DNA of 61,711 nucleotides, from assembly GCA_051745145.1 (NCBI GenBank), contig JBNJDT010000007.1:1-61711 (forward strand), given 5' to 3'. Made by a program: the position numbers and the translations under genes. The notes beneath the pieces are model-generated. The model was not told the DNA's origin and did no database searches. It saw only the letters and a list, made by a program, of their open reading frames with translations. The stretch is from Elusimicrobiota bacterium. GTDB taxonomy: Bacteria > CG03 > SLGR01 > JAGXOG01. How positions within the stretch are numbered: position 1 is the first letter of the stretch; each line of letters opens with the position of its first letter. Below are positions 44,801 through 47,892 of the stretch, piece after piece.

Positions 44801-44886
44801 GCGATTATGTAAGCGGCGGTGTTTATGTATACCAGATAGAAGCAGACGGAAAAATAATAAACGGTACTGTAGTAGTGGCAAAATAA
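17893..44886 (+). CDS. giant 8,997-aa secreted surface protein/adhesin: DUF2341, FN3-like, roughly 75 Ig-like repeats, T9SS-like (FlgD-Ig) CTD
   Basis: Single uninterrupted ORF with signal peptide (..SIVSA/ED). DUF2341-like motif (DYQIRLSLDT...DGSDLRF...IPFWIE...VYMYYGNP). ~96-97 aa repeats 'R.T.L......F.ATATL.D.....I....V.F.F.G...TA.TD..GvA...FTAP...G.Y.Y.A.F.G...Y..S'. C-terminus VTPRIFTP...IRIYDMSGQ...WDGKDETGDYVSGGVYVYQIEA...NGTVVVAK. The repeat count is an estimate from length. Confidence 0.92.
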   Translation: MNKLKKIFYISKVTLQLSWILFISFSINLSIVSAEDVWTDETDTDFDTGTSTGIYINGVDESATLDLEWYGKETGASLPENLEWADQDFKYRKRVRLQSPANYTIRDYQIRLSLDTQSLIDEGKLEADGSDLRFFNSEGSSIPFWIEKGLNTAETYIWLKIDHFSDFETKDVYMYYGNPSAVSQSDFDSTFIFGDHYTAPYGSSPDSDKWDNIQYPSPPQDAKREIVENRLRYKFKTTTSTSKGWYGLRSTETYNFSGGRRIAIDMEAFTYGPGRESYFSLCPTVSERSEREDDFIQFKIFHDTPSYVIRQRHRGGFNTIVSETDLSTGTHKIDFFIDSSNLEVDLDGQTVYSGSVDLDFTSAYLYQEAVSESDIFEYYNFDNLKISNWETDSPYVRDIYEEQGRYKPSGIYTSRVKDTGDQGTYFSEVDWTSTIPDLTDISAQVRAHDDQVDSGTWTAVSKGENPGVEGRYAQYRLNLNTQKPIDTPQIDKVDVFYIYAPGAPVKLSGTGEGATRIRWKWESSSTEKNKEDGFRILDTTGNIKGSVGADSKSWDELELEANTPYTRKIEAYNVAGANKSTYSVTAYTLPTAPQVGCDKGADSWYGSGSTFTFTNYAGFGRGSLEYYGYKWSTSTAYNWTGNESHWNSDKLKIQPQQTGSYYLHVLAYNADDVAGYDTYYGPYKYDESPPAVSKIEPSSSAWTSASPEVEIDFEKPTEGAELFAWRYNINEYPEKPAFGWTNWNDEIMDSTAATVGVEIGKEGNNYLHIEVKDTADNGDYDLGGVYELDFSSPTGSIVINDGDTYVSTTSVILSLTYEDELSGVEKVRFQNGDSGWDDWLAPASEMNWSLLKGTGTKTVKYQIRDGVGNMSPVYSDTIILDNLFPEVVGFRPSSHTWTNSIVDVAMDFRHEGPAKLSKWQYVVSPSETEPDSGWSLWKTDIDGQSTATVTVGGEVGVNYLHVKLEDGSGKQIYDSSGPYKVDQGNPSGDILIEAGNVYTPTTTVTLNLSYEDSKSGVENVRYRNQGKSWSGWESPVSTKTWFLDETVGTKVVEYQVEDKAGNESDVYADDIIYDPVEPEIYDFNPSSSGWVNNFIDVDIFISDEGDSDLEEWRYMVTESTSKPQAGWQNWDSSISGSSDTMVEVLLTDTLNYLHVEAADKANNKSYGYSGPYRIDTENPTGSVSINDGDEYTDSKDVKLSLNYEDGVSGIEEVRYRNGGENWTEWQNPVSTRSWTLSSGTGTKVVHYNIEDRAGNSKSYSDSIVLSYFSEMNAEDKSTISSGESQSETENFTAEAKLTWKSTGDELKDKEVVFKFEGSSHTSTTNNSGIASADFEVPQSSGIYYYTAEFEGDSKYVASSDTGVLTVDRRKITIRTSDRQVTAGTDFQAKATVEDYETEEPLKGKLITFTYKPSTYTPTYTSTATTNEMGVATTTFNSGTTDGAFDLVGNYEGNSIYREESGAGEVAVGLRFTITTPFPSTTLALDTFTVSGQVKDAENGYGIEGGTVKFTLNGATKTAVTGTGDSAGEAETGWGDSITDAGEYKLNMEFLGQGSYMASSGTSTITVNQRPLVHNFKGEMWDYTVTTTTMVSEIVDGNTSEGVEGLEVIYKFRNINNTAYTDSAGSSTSSFYTGNKAAKYITTATFRGNSTYKKVQSTETYRIYRRPTVTTAFDVESLTLSSFTATARLRTSGGVNIEDRKIKFTFPDGVQKSSFTNSSGKAQVIHNAPPEKGTYTYEADFTGDDTYAPSGGDADLAVSPRPAIIIINSSDWGWARDPIHLNAKLTDGISNELISGATLHFSLYENSETISEITQEGEEWASAGEFSPINVSGYYDYGVTFDGSLTYEADSDSEVYHNSSRDINVNAPDYDEVFALSTFTLRGTVKDNTYHYDSGVNLEGQEADYYLEGATHTATLTGQPGSTRAFDAPAEIQAPGVPDNYSYTLNYSGDAAYDAGSDGGNLEVIRRPTNINSASKDPYAGDEFLASAELGDSNSGDPIEEKEITFYFEGSTITADTDSSGVAKATFTAPGVPGIYEYRAAFGGNYLYEPSSGTASVDVQERPTSLSPADREPYAGEVFNPRATLSDSVSGDEIEGEEVTFYFEGNTRTAVTDENGVAKSTFTAPMVSTETYNYTAGFEGTYLYESSSGSASVDVQKRPTGLAAESRDPYANDEFYPRATLTDNVSGGSVEGEEIKFYFEGETKTARTNSSGVAVTTFTAPSVSTGSYNYTASFEQTYLYESSTGNANVAVQKRPTGLAAESREVYANNEFYPHATLSDSVSGDNVEGEPVNFYFEGETKTAQTDSNGVAVTTFTAPSVSTKSYTYTAGFDGTYLYESSTGTANVNVQKRPSALAAESREVKANNQFNPQATLTDTDSGEKIENKEILFYFEGETKTALTDSSGMAITTFTAPSVSTESYSYTASFEGTYLYESSTDSAGVNVQKRPTNLTANFREPYANNEFQTKATLSDTDSSENIENKEITFNFEGETKTARTDAQGIAITTFTAPSVSTESYSYTASFEGTYLYESSSGTENVNVQKRPTNLSADTREVYANNEFYPRATLGDTAPGDENMEGEEIYFYFDGSTKTAVTDKDGVAISTFTAPSVSTESYSYTASFKGTYLHVKSTGTAEVTVKKRPTSLAANSREPYANNEFYPRATLTDTAEGGGSVENEEIEFYFRGSTKTALTNGEGVAVTTFTAPSVSTESYTYTAGFKGTYLYVSSTDTAGVNVQKRPTSVSADSREPLAASTFTARAELKDIDDNSFISGKEVKFIFEGATKTATTDGVGVATVSFTAPLDPRGDYSYTSIFTGDYLYESSTGSANVNVLKRPSNINVPNQWEYALEDFTATAVLTDNENGDVIDDEVTFTNSWSTSSEVAFLNEENDDYRVTFTAPSPPTGTYTFTASFSGNNLYSASTGTANLSVVKRPTVINASEREPRADDEFQLKANLKDDWGDILTDKKVSFNLDWTTYTQTADTEQDGNAYLTVTAPEIPGTYSYEAGYEGNYLYESSTDTAQVDVKKRLSQLTASSKDVPVENTFTAGTTLTDAEDGYALEGATVTFTFEEVQKATVTDSAGNAWADFETSTPTRNTSYKVNFNGSQKHLSSTKTASVNIHLRETSVTGDAVEVEVEDNFFARARVKDDDSGSYLADRNLYFEFLGSTDTAATGPAGERAEVSYTAPVSTGIYYFSVDHSSSPVYAASSDQSQVKVIPAEMQLTAYSKNVLALSSPTLRAHLKNMVDESNFSSATVKFFMLGSTETEKTGDAGNAYATFDWDLIGSTGTYQYQASYEGDATHDPDSDTANLTVERRPTNIVAYNKETNAGADFKAEAELKDQTTNDFIKDKTVYFYFEGSTKTALTSSVGIATATFTTPSSTQTLSYTAEFKDDDPIYIGNWDTGDVEIAQSETNMEVTRVDVYPGDVFVATATLTNAVSGNPLSEKEVTITFTTHSVTDNTTGEGIVTGEFTAPVSTGNYNIHAKYDGSDSYLESSDDDYAVVRKCETTIEAHNRYFYLKETGNLVADLTRVDNSTGIPNKTIEFEIEGTTYTKTTDSNGRAVKYIGELSTETFPVSGNYTDYDYDSRFNQDDSDYYYGKSKDNSQLFRVRKRLTSLTTYDRETYINGQFTARADLNDTTGDSDVALEDRTILFDFEGSTKSASTDSTGKAEVTYDVPATSGTYSYTASFSSSPVYRAADSDSNVTVSRIPTSITPDDKKVKTNTSFDLRGNLQDNDSNSLEDKAIKFEFQESTDSAVTDASGWAQTGYTSPSTPAVYYGYLNFEGNSEYQPSNATATITVTKSSTTVDAEDLYDLPPSSVFTATSTVTDDDTGIRVTNVDVMYVMWDGSSHTVNTTGSGMAEFEYSSPDTLGEYEYTVKFFENDQYFASQSTGIVTVTQGTSKISLSSPTVYVDNVFYATATLKNAVNDEPIEEADIHFNFEGIEKITQTDEMGVATVTYTANVPEGDSEYDLNAYYPETDSFTGSSSTTTVNVLKRDTELTSEDISAYVGDIIQSTATLTDLQASAGVDQETVEFNYYENSSDHLQNRQTDSEGVAVATFTPTAAGMWDMYINFYETAKYRASSSTRTVEVSKIPTTLEAEASTGVYVTEEFYPRATLTNDLDNGGIENETVIFDINYDTFTASGTAQTNSDGLAIATFTASQAGNITYTSTFEENDMYLASTDTVNLEIDRYPVDIKVDDVLTTANEYFNSTATLTNPVLADEPIEDKVAEFSFYKTDPPEVKYSTTDASGEAITEFLSPSEGGEFEMVVQVEQDRIYESTSTTANVVVERRETTIQNVNDFTVKVQESFTSTATLKDAVDDTPIDTEDLNFVFFGSTHTDTTNASGEASVSANAASQVGIYSYKVYFNESGLYKSTEAIAEVTVEPAPTTLDAESHIEVLANSVFQATATLKNELTEDPAQSETIEFTFEGSTATGETSSSGLATSSNLEVDVGAGDYIYYADFNGSSNYTSSSDTGTVTVSKNPTETHTEDITTMASGSHPGGKFPPGGNRDVYFTSTGTLLDSNDNPVEGKTLDFYFAQGTDFFQDASATTDSEGKAVVTDFVSPTSVGTYEVEIDFSGDERYKASSGTGTVEVTERYATLSLDDSYATAMEVFTSTVYVEDFNSGEPVGGSTMTFRYEEDYNNSTTYEAVTDTMGYAYAEFTAAADASIDYDMKVDFYDVNYQTNSAVSTVFMSKRDTALNFKDITGVVYENLTATATLVDTVSDPDSSLSDKQISFTFPEGFSPTSASDDTDLTGEANAEVTAPDTYNTYYPTAEFPGDNTYASSNSDAQADILRRDSSLTVQDMADQKVYDVFTVTAAFIDEYGPDGDVSGRDIELRFYNGTSTQTQTSVTDSSGEATAEFTAPAQAGTYSYSAQFSTDSAYNGSVSASKDVAVLKRDPEVDAVEVNTETYDEFETVATFTDPDSGGDVENREIKFVYSGTTTIEKTKYTDETGQATAGFTAPDTAGTYSYEAVFVGDSSYNSSTSTAKNINVSRRTIDIAATPADTETFDLFTATATITDSHTPAGDVEGRTVQFVYEDDGGAVIDQKTSVTDSNGVANVDFNAGDASGIYQYKAILEEDYSYNSSTSAYVDVNIAKSDINIAGEEVASLPMETFKATATLTSPKNGPVSDENIEFTFEGDIQTDVTDSNGEAFVQFTAPASSGNYYYQAEFSGNASYYSSSTDTLVKVGKREANITAENVNTETMDIFTATATVTDSIGGGDVSDRDVEFTFSGDGNTVIKTAQTDSNGVAVSTFTAPDTDGAYSYTAELLEDGTYKSALSAPADVIVDKRTLSVTGSDITVLVMENFTTEATLTDSKPNSQLGGLPVKFVYSGTDTITKTGTADNSGYAEVTYNGVDFAATGHSYKAIFEGNSSYYSSTGPVYNVTFEKRDALISADSVNTETMDIFSATATVTDDHASSGDVSNRAVEFNFYGDGNTVTKTFQTDEFGVAVATFTAPADAGNYSYDAQLLEDEAYNASSAESAGVAVEKRETTLVNEDITTYALDVFTATATVTDKDGGVSGITVNFSGSVNGINISESAVTDGSGVATTVIDSTEATSAAGNFILSAEFPGNSTYKSSSNDSQLTIEKIPTSLNIDGIVAHRVYDKIDQLFAAELKDSRDGSGAGNKDCRFVFFTDPKKENTETTGSSGWAYSTFYAPASSGTYDYKAVFDGNDAYLSSTSTVKSVTINRRNLNMSVGNLETKTFATFTATATLSDPNNSDGQGDVEDRLVNMVFKDETDTEIDSAQVYTDASGRAFADFTAPDVGGTYYYHAEFDGDSSYISTTSVDATVTVQKRETQITAEPVNTKTLEVFNATATLMNSSGAPVEGKSLDFVYTGTDTITKTDTTRSDGKAYSLFNAPASSGTYSYKAVFSGDDSYKSSTSPAVDVNVARRDSNVAAEPVTTKTLEVYKATATMSDKDGPVDNKELTFTVQYSTYSRESTDVTNSQGQAYVDFRAPESSGTYNLTVEFTGDSTYKPDSDTKTVFVDTRDTAVQVYGVESKTYDVFKATSVLKDGESGNPISDIQLEFTFNGTQRYDTTDQQGKASVSYTAPSAAGDYELSSSFEGNSTYSPASGTNTVVVTKRDTDITARDVDTVAMTVFKATATLEDKDGGVENKNIDFSFEGQDKSANTDSQGMAVVEFDAPVSSGTYTYFAEFPEDPGHLGSSTQAQVTVTRRKTDMYTFELTTNTLGDFTVEAQIEDQKTGEGMAVPVDIVFEGTSTITKSDNSGSSGWVSTNFNTPAQSGDYRYFAQFDGNQTYEPSSSSSPVTVTKRETFLSAAAAQALASDSSIGQTETFETVGTIRDEENKLVNGVDLVFTFETVYSTETTDSQGEAAAQFNSPEDATLEYSYAVNFNGNETYQASSTSAVVTVNKRESQMSGLQDLTTTTEEYFYSTATLRDPGSVSPLEGKVVDFKVDTIKEGEDTTDSAGEAHFKHNIQVTGQKQLVANFAGDETYKATADTCTITVGIPTNLTVYDANSIVESTFTVKADLWDSLNDVRLSTKTVKLNFDGQEKSQETDAVGEIYIDYYSGVERGTGTFPVYGEFEGDDTYGPSSGEGSVTIELRPTHINAYPLTQYINEDIEPGGKLIDTDTGAGIKDKNLEFSFNYSTKVIQSDKTDDTGEVIETYKSPQSTGSYKYFMDFGGDNVYNHSAATGPVDIELRPSMVITEDRNIIAGSEFNVEAELIDTVDYTKINNENIKFEFNGDTATVLTGSRGIAVATFTAPGDTGQDYTYTATFDGTNIYSSHQSSSNINVGMESSVICEEVDTVIEQVFTATATLTDSEGTPLSTRPVTFIYSHNGSSDTVITGESGVATATFTAPGSTGSWNYQVKFEGDETYGASSDKADITVEGFNTSLTAAEAPNLNSEEVFVATATLYDEFNSEYVSGKEIQFSFEYDSDGKTTATAVTNAMGVATTTFRTPYEPGSYNYTALFTDDPAYSASGDTATVSVDKRPAKLLGDDVWVRPDRVFTATTTLEDEYSGDAVSSATVNFSYYDGESTQTYSTLTDPEGVATATFTASAAMGIYEYRVSFEGNDIYGATSDTLEVEVDKYETSLAMEPVTVPLGEIFNSSATLTDTENNETLAGKEVEFIFYSSQTVTRNTFTDAYGVAESTFAALPSTGNYIAEANFYEDDSYHYSGTTQTVTVIRRQTELTGESVNVKPEKIFTATATLKDAVGSKTALGSKTVTFSYYDGSSTATVTKVTDSYGNVYSTFTAPAATGTYSVAVEFAGDSEYKESSDIINVYTTQEGAGGGLKLRAYDTGVILEENFTASAKLTDEDEPLVNSTVTFTFDGTTRTVTTDSLGIASTTYSAPPSTGEYMYTADHERSYITITDGGFVEVSRRPTVLSKERDVNTNVEAIFSSTVTLTDFTTGDTLSGKEIKTSFYKTGSTVTFEGSTGEYGMSGSTFTAPTSSGIYTMESVFSGDSIYGISSELITVNVSRRPLILETNRVTTKPDQIFTATATLTGGVTKLPVEQKELEFNYYNGVSTETVYRETDSSGVAEATFTAPENTGDYSYSVSYPGDSKYQSVSETEIVEVKNRLTEITAENVFVPSEGVFKATATLVDIEDSSKMSQKEVTFEFYKTGSTRTATVFTDSSGISTATFSAPFDAGTYEYSAEFSGDSTYASSEDTAEVYVGKRSAELVTPSGLNLYVEQVFTASATVKDGFDGTELSSVPVTFNYFKGNSTQTVTHFTDDYGVANTTFEAPVSSGVYSYSAEFSGNDNYEPATGEALINVDNYATDLVLQVPNSIFIGQTLQSTGTLTRNEGGIPVEGQEIAFEFNGSVKKRDTGSGGIGNADFSSPASSGTYTMDLIYEGTATYKPSSDNNEISVLRRPTEIDGQSVSVPQDTVFTATATLVDYLSEDKIEGSRPVQFTFTAGTTTYYSEDETSNGIAVSTFMAPSSTGIYSCSAVFEGDNTFMNSSDIFSVHVTYDEGEGEGTSETEIITEKVSTHLQEVFVATATLLSEETPLEDKNLTFNFEGASLTAKTDQYGVATATFSVPGSTATYYYDVEYAGDDVFLPATGMNKVIVSRRPVELYTQYSEIAVKPEQKFTSTVTLRDALNTDGLDLREVTFSFEDGSSTPTETEVTDGYGVSYPTFTAPLTADTYYLDMYYGGDELYSEISRRLAVLVTPEGVGNEDVEITVEDVTAYVDEVFTTTATLRELDENTGVANSTITFDFSDTQKDAVTDQEGVATATFTAGQGAGEYKYYANFMGDSTYSSASGEGNVLIQLWPTEMTSKNLAMEPSTGTETFTAETTLLDVEKSTGLASKPVTVSFYDGVSTYTYSGDTDSYGLFTATFPVPSTEGEYKYISEFTGDGTYDSSSAEGIVTVSEEGTGTNECELALQNSFVYVNKEFTSTATLKELSTGDPLANKTVIFAFDGEEKIATTDQNGVAGASFVADTATGTQNITAEFEGDADYAAANDDAIVYVELNPTDLIAKDVNTNLQAENFKATATLKNMLNDEPLLNKTLEFIFYDGTSTQTATTQTDGYGKANVYFSTPESTGSFNYLVNFNGDSEYESSDAEAAVIVESGGEDDGDNSGKGTEVTMILEEINTSVNSVFTATATLVEADNPSEYISDREVVFGFEGSSKTALTGSKGRARVSFDSPASTGVYVLAAEFKGDDTYSEVLSTNSVNVGFLPRDPEYVRVFESTEKNVTFKWPSVKQSVTGENMGTCFKGYTVEKAIGRPGSWEKVAELSTATFEYQVPKPESESVFYRVRGRTAKHLSAGQNGVEVDGGNVINRIVISADKQVWAQVDEREMEENEKIVVEPDEEQEEGFQKMYSVKVLHNGREVDKQFKYRGVKLTFSYESLKRDGLITGLSAEDKKLVLFWHNGVEWIRIGGKDNRWEDEIYVYTKNTGRFAIKAVEESNEFNLIKVTPRIFTPEATSKNINRARFELENPNYRNIAIRIYDMSGQIIRRNLDSESGDLYYWDGKDETGDYVSGGVYVYQIEADGKIINGTVVVAK
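23790..26400 (+). repeat. block of closely similar intragenic tandem repeats (288-291 bp period)
   Basis: CAAAAACGGCC recurs at 24355, 24643, 24931, 25219, 25507 and 26089 (variant at 25798), encoding QKRP...FTAPSVST.SY.YTA.F.GTYLYESS. Confidence 0.9.
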
Positions 44887-46640
44887 TGAATTTAAATAAA
44901 AAAATCAGACAGTGCATCGGCATAGTTTTAACGGCGGCGATAATCGCCGCAGCCGGCGTCGTTAAAGTCCAGGGAGCTTTTTACGAAGACCAGGATACCG
45001 GTGCCCGGGCCCGGGCAATGGGCGGAGCTTATGCGGCCGAAGTAAATAAAGTGGACGGGGCATTTTATAATCCCGCAGCCATGGCCGGATTGACAAATAT
45101 TGAGCTGGATACTTCCTACGAACAGAAATTTATGGGGCTTTCTGACGAGTCGGAATTAAGTAAATATGTTCTGGGCATGGGGATACCGCTTAACTTCGGT
45201 GATTTGGATCTTGGGGCCGCGGGATTTAGTCTTAACAGGTTCGGATTGGACAATCTGTACTCCGAAACGGCTCTGGGGGTATTTTACGGATATCCTGTTC
45301 TGGATAATTTTCTTTTAGGGACCCATGTAAAGTTACTCAGCGTAAATTACAAAGAGACAGAATATACCCTGATTAATCCCATATTTGATAAAGGTTATAC
45401 CAGTTCTGTTTTCAGTACGGATGTGGGAGTAATCTACCGGCTGAGCGGCCGGTATAACTTGGGGGTTTCCATTCTCAATGCAAATTCGCCGGATATAGGA
45501 TTAGAATATGAGAACAGGGTAAAAAGAAATATACGTCTGGGCGGTTCTATGAGAACGCAAAATTTAAATTTAAATTTTTCTTTAACCCATTTACCCGGAA
45601 GTATAAGGGCAAGAACGGGTATGGAAACCTGGCTGCTCAATAGATCACTTTTTTTCAGAGGAGGGTTTAATATAGGAAGCGCTAACTATAGAAATTTAAC
45701 TTTGGGATTTGGCTATAATTACGATAAAATAAGTGTGGATTATTCCTGGAGCTATCCTCTTTCGGGGATAAATGATATGTTAGGCAATCACCAGATTAGC
45801 TGCAGTTATTATTTCGGAGAAGAAAAACCCGAAGAAGAGTTTGAAGGAGGCCGGGCTCCGTCTTTTGGAGGTCGGAGAGTTGCCGGCCCCGGTACCAGCG
45901 GCAGTATACTTGATCCCGACAGCCCTGTACCCGCCCATGTGGTTGAAAAGAATCTGCCGGAATCTCAAAAAGAAGAGGCGGCAAAAGCAGTTGAGGAAGG
46001 GCAGGAAGCTCTTGAACAGCAGAATTACCGGTTAGTTCTGGAAAAATACCGGGAGGCCAATGACCTTTTAGAAGGGGATCCGGAAATACAGGACCAGTTA
46101 TCTAAATTAGATAAGGTTGTAGAGTATGTTCCTTCAAATGAATTTGACAGAGAAGAGATAGAAGAACTTCCGCCTGCCGAGCGGGAAGAAGCCCAAAAGA
46201 GGTACCGGCTCTTGTCCAATGGCATAGAGGGGATTTTGAAAGACAATTCCGATAAGGCGATAAGAAATATAGCATATGCTGCCCAGTTGTGGCCGGATGA
46301 TAAAAATATCAAAGGTTTACTGACAGATGTGGTTCAGGAAAGATTTCCCACTGAATATGCCAATAAGAAATTTTACATAGAGACAAATTGGGTAAATCAG
46401 CTTCTGGCTGAGTCTCTGGAATACTTTTATGACGGCCGGTACAGTATGGCTATAAGAAAATGTCGTCAGGTGCTGGAGTTAGAACCTACGAATACGGTTG
46501 CTCTTACCCGCTTGGGCTCAATTCACTGGGCCAGAGGAGACGAGGAGGTCGCCTATTCCCTGTGGCAGAGAGTTCTTGAGATCGATCCCGACAACAGGGA
46601 AGTTTTACCCATGATTGAAAGATACGAAGAGAAACAGTAA
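44886..46640 (+). CDS. PorV/PorP(SprF)-like outer-membrane beta-barrel with C-terminal TPRs
   Basis: GARARAMGGAYAA...AFYNPAAMAG N-terminus. The barrel ends DYSWSYPLSGINDMLGNHQISCSYYFG. C-terminal TPRs (AIRKCRQVLELEPTN, LWQRVLEIDPDN). TAATG overlap with the giant gene stop. Confidence 0.85.
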   Translation: MNLNKKIRQCIGIVLTAAIIAAAGVVKVQGAFYEDQDTGARARAMGGAYAAEVNKVDGAFYNPAAMAGLTNIELDTSYEQKFMGLSDESELSKYVLGMGIPLNFGDLDLGAAGFSLNRFGLDNLYSETALGVFYGYPVLDNFLLGTHVKLLSVNYKETEYTLINPIFDKGYTSSVFSTDVGVIYRLSGRYNLGVSILNANSPDIGLEYENRVKRNIRLGGSMRTQNLNLNFSLTHLPGSIRARTGMETWLLNRSLFFRGGFNIGSANYRNLTLGFGYNYDKISVDYSWSYPLSGINDMLGNHQISCSYYFGEEKPEEEFEGGRAPSFGGRRVAGPGTSGSILDPDSPVPAHVVEKNLPESQKEEAAKAVEEGQEALEQQNYRLVLEKYREANDLLEGDPEIQDQLSKLDKVVEYVPSNEFDREEIEELPPAEREEAQKRYRLLSNGIEGILKDNSDKAIRNIAYAAQLWPDDKNIKGLLTDVVQERFPTEYANKKFYIETNWVNQLLAESLEYFYDGRYSMAIRKCRQVLELEPTNTVALTRLGSIHWARGDEEVAYSLWQRVLEIDPDNREVLPMIERYEEKQ

Positions 46641-46667
46641 GTAGCAATAAGTATCAGTTATATGTAA

Positions 46668-46695
46668 TTGATTTTTAAGGTAAATTTAGTATAAT
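46668..46695 (+). promoter_or_regulatory. putative sigma70 promoter, possibly giving a near-leaderless transcript
   Basis: TTGATT (46668-73), 16 bp spacer, TATAAT (46690-95). ATG at 46705 has no SD sequence. Confidence 0.45.
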
Positions 46696-46704
46696 AATTT
46701 GCAA

Positions 46705-47892
46705 ATGTCTGAAGAAAATTCACAAATAGAGAAAAAAAATACCGATAACAATCCGGAAGGTAAAAGCAATTGCCCCGTATGCGGTTATTATGTAGGCAGC
46801 GGTTCTACCTGCGTTAGATGCGGGGCGAGAGTCGGAAAACGCATTTCTATAAGAATCATCAAAAAAATGGCCATTATATGTTCTGTGGTGGGGTTGATAC
46901 TTCTTTGGATTGCCGCTTATAATAAAAAACCACCCCGGATTAATATAGGCGACATAACAGAAACCATGAATAATGCCCTTGTCGAGGTAGAAGGGGAAGT
47001 CAAAGAAGTAGAATACCAGGAAGAAAAGAACAGTTTTAACATGACCATTGATGACGGGACGGGTAAACTCAGCGCCAGGGCAATTAATGATTTGAAAAAT
47101 TTTAGATCGTTTCACAAAGGTAATATGCCCGGCTTAAAAGATAAAGTAAATCTTGTGGGAACTTTGAATATTTCCCAGACCTGGGGCGTATCGATGTTCT
47201 TATCTATCCCCGACCGCATGGAGTTAGTGGAAGATTATGAAATAAAAGAAGAAGAAATAAGAAATATCAGTTCAGCGGATAAAGGAGAAATCTACTGGAT
47301 TGAAGCCGACATCAAGAAATATGTTAAAGATACTCCCCGCGAGGGCCTGGTACTTCATAAAATCACCTTAAGTGACGGTACCGGAGATATAGAGATGGTA
47401 TTTTATGAGAGTACTTTTGAAGGTTTGCCGGAAAAGATTAAAAGAGGACTTACCAAAGAAGGTACGCCGTTTAAAATGAAAGTCCGGGCTGATGAATACA
47501 GGGGAACGCCCCAGCTTGAGCTGGTTAATCCCCGAGGGCGATCAGAAAATATTCAGTTACTTGACGATTCGGCGGTAGAGGTACCTGAGAAAGTTGACCT
47601 TTCTTCATTGGAAGAGGTAAAAGCTTCGGAGATATCTTCTTTGGATAAGGGGAAGAAGTATCTGATTACAGCTAAAGTCGATCAGGTGAGTTTAGGGGTT
47701 GTAGGCGCGTATTTAGAACTTTCAAATTCCGAGATGCCTGTATTTATTTCGTATGACCAGAGAGAAAAAATAGAAAATTTTTCCGATTTAGAATCGGGAA
47801 AGGCGTCTGTAACAGCGCCCGTAAAGGTATCAGAGGTTGACGGAGAAATTCAGCTTGAATTACTGGATACCTCTGAATTTAATATAAAATAA
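46705..47892 (+). CDS. zinc-ribbon + TM + multiple OB-fold nucleic-acid-binding protein
   Basis: CPVCG...CVRCG, then a TM, then OB-fold motifs (VEVEGEV...MTIDDGTGKL, ITLSDGTGDIEMVFY...EYRGTPQLEL, and a third copy ...EVDGEIQLEL). Confidence 0.8.
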   Translation: MSEENSQIEKKNTDNNPEGKSNCPVCGYYVGSGSTCVRCGARVGKRISIRIIKKMAIICSVVGLILLWIAAYNKKPPRINIGDITETMNNALVEVEGEVKEVEYQEEKNSFNMTIDDGTGKLSARAINDLKNFRSFHKGNMPGLKDKVNLVGTLNISQTWGVSMFLSIPDRMELVEDYEIKEEEIRNISSADKGEIYWIEADIKKYVKDTPREGLVLHKITLSDGTGDIEMVFYESTFEGLPEKIKRGLTKEGTPFKMKVRADEYRGTPQLELVNPRGRSENIQLLDDSAVEVPEKVDLSSLEEVKASEISSLDKGKKYLITAKVDQVSLGVVGAYLELSNSEMPVFISYDQREKIENFSDLESGKASVTAPVKVSEVDGEIQLELLDTSEFNIK

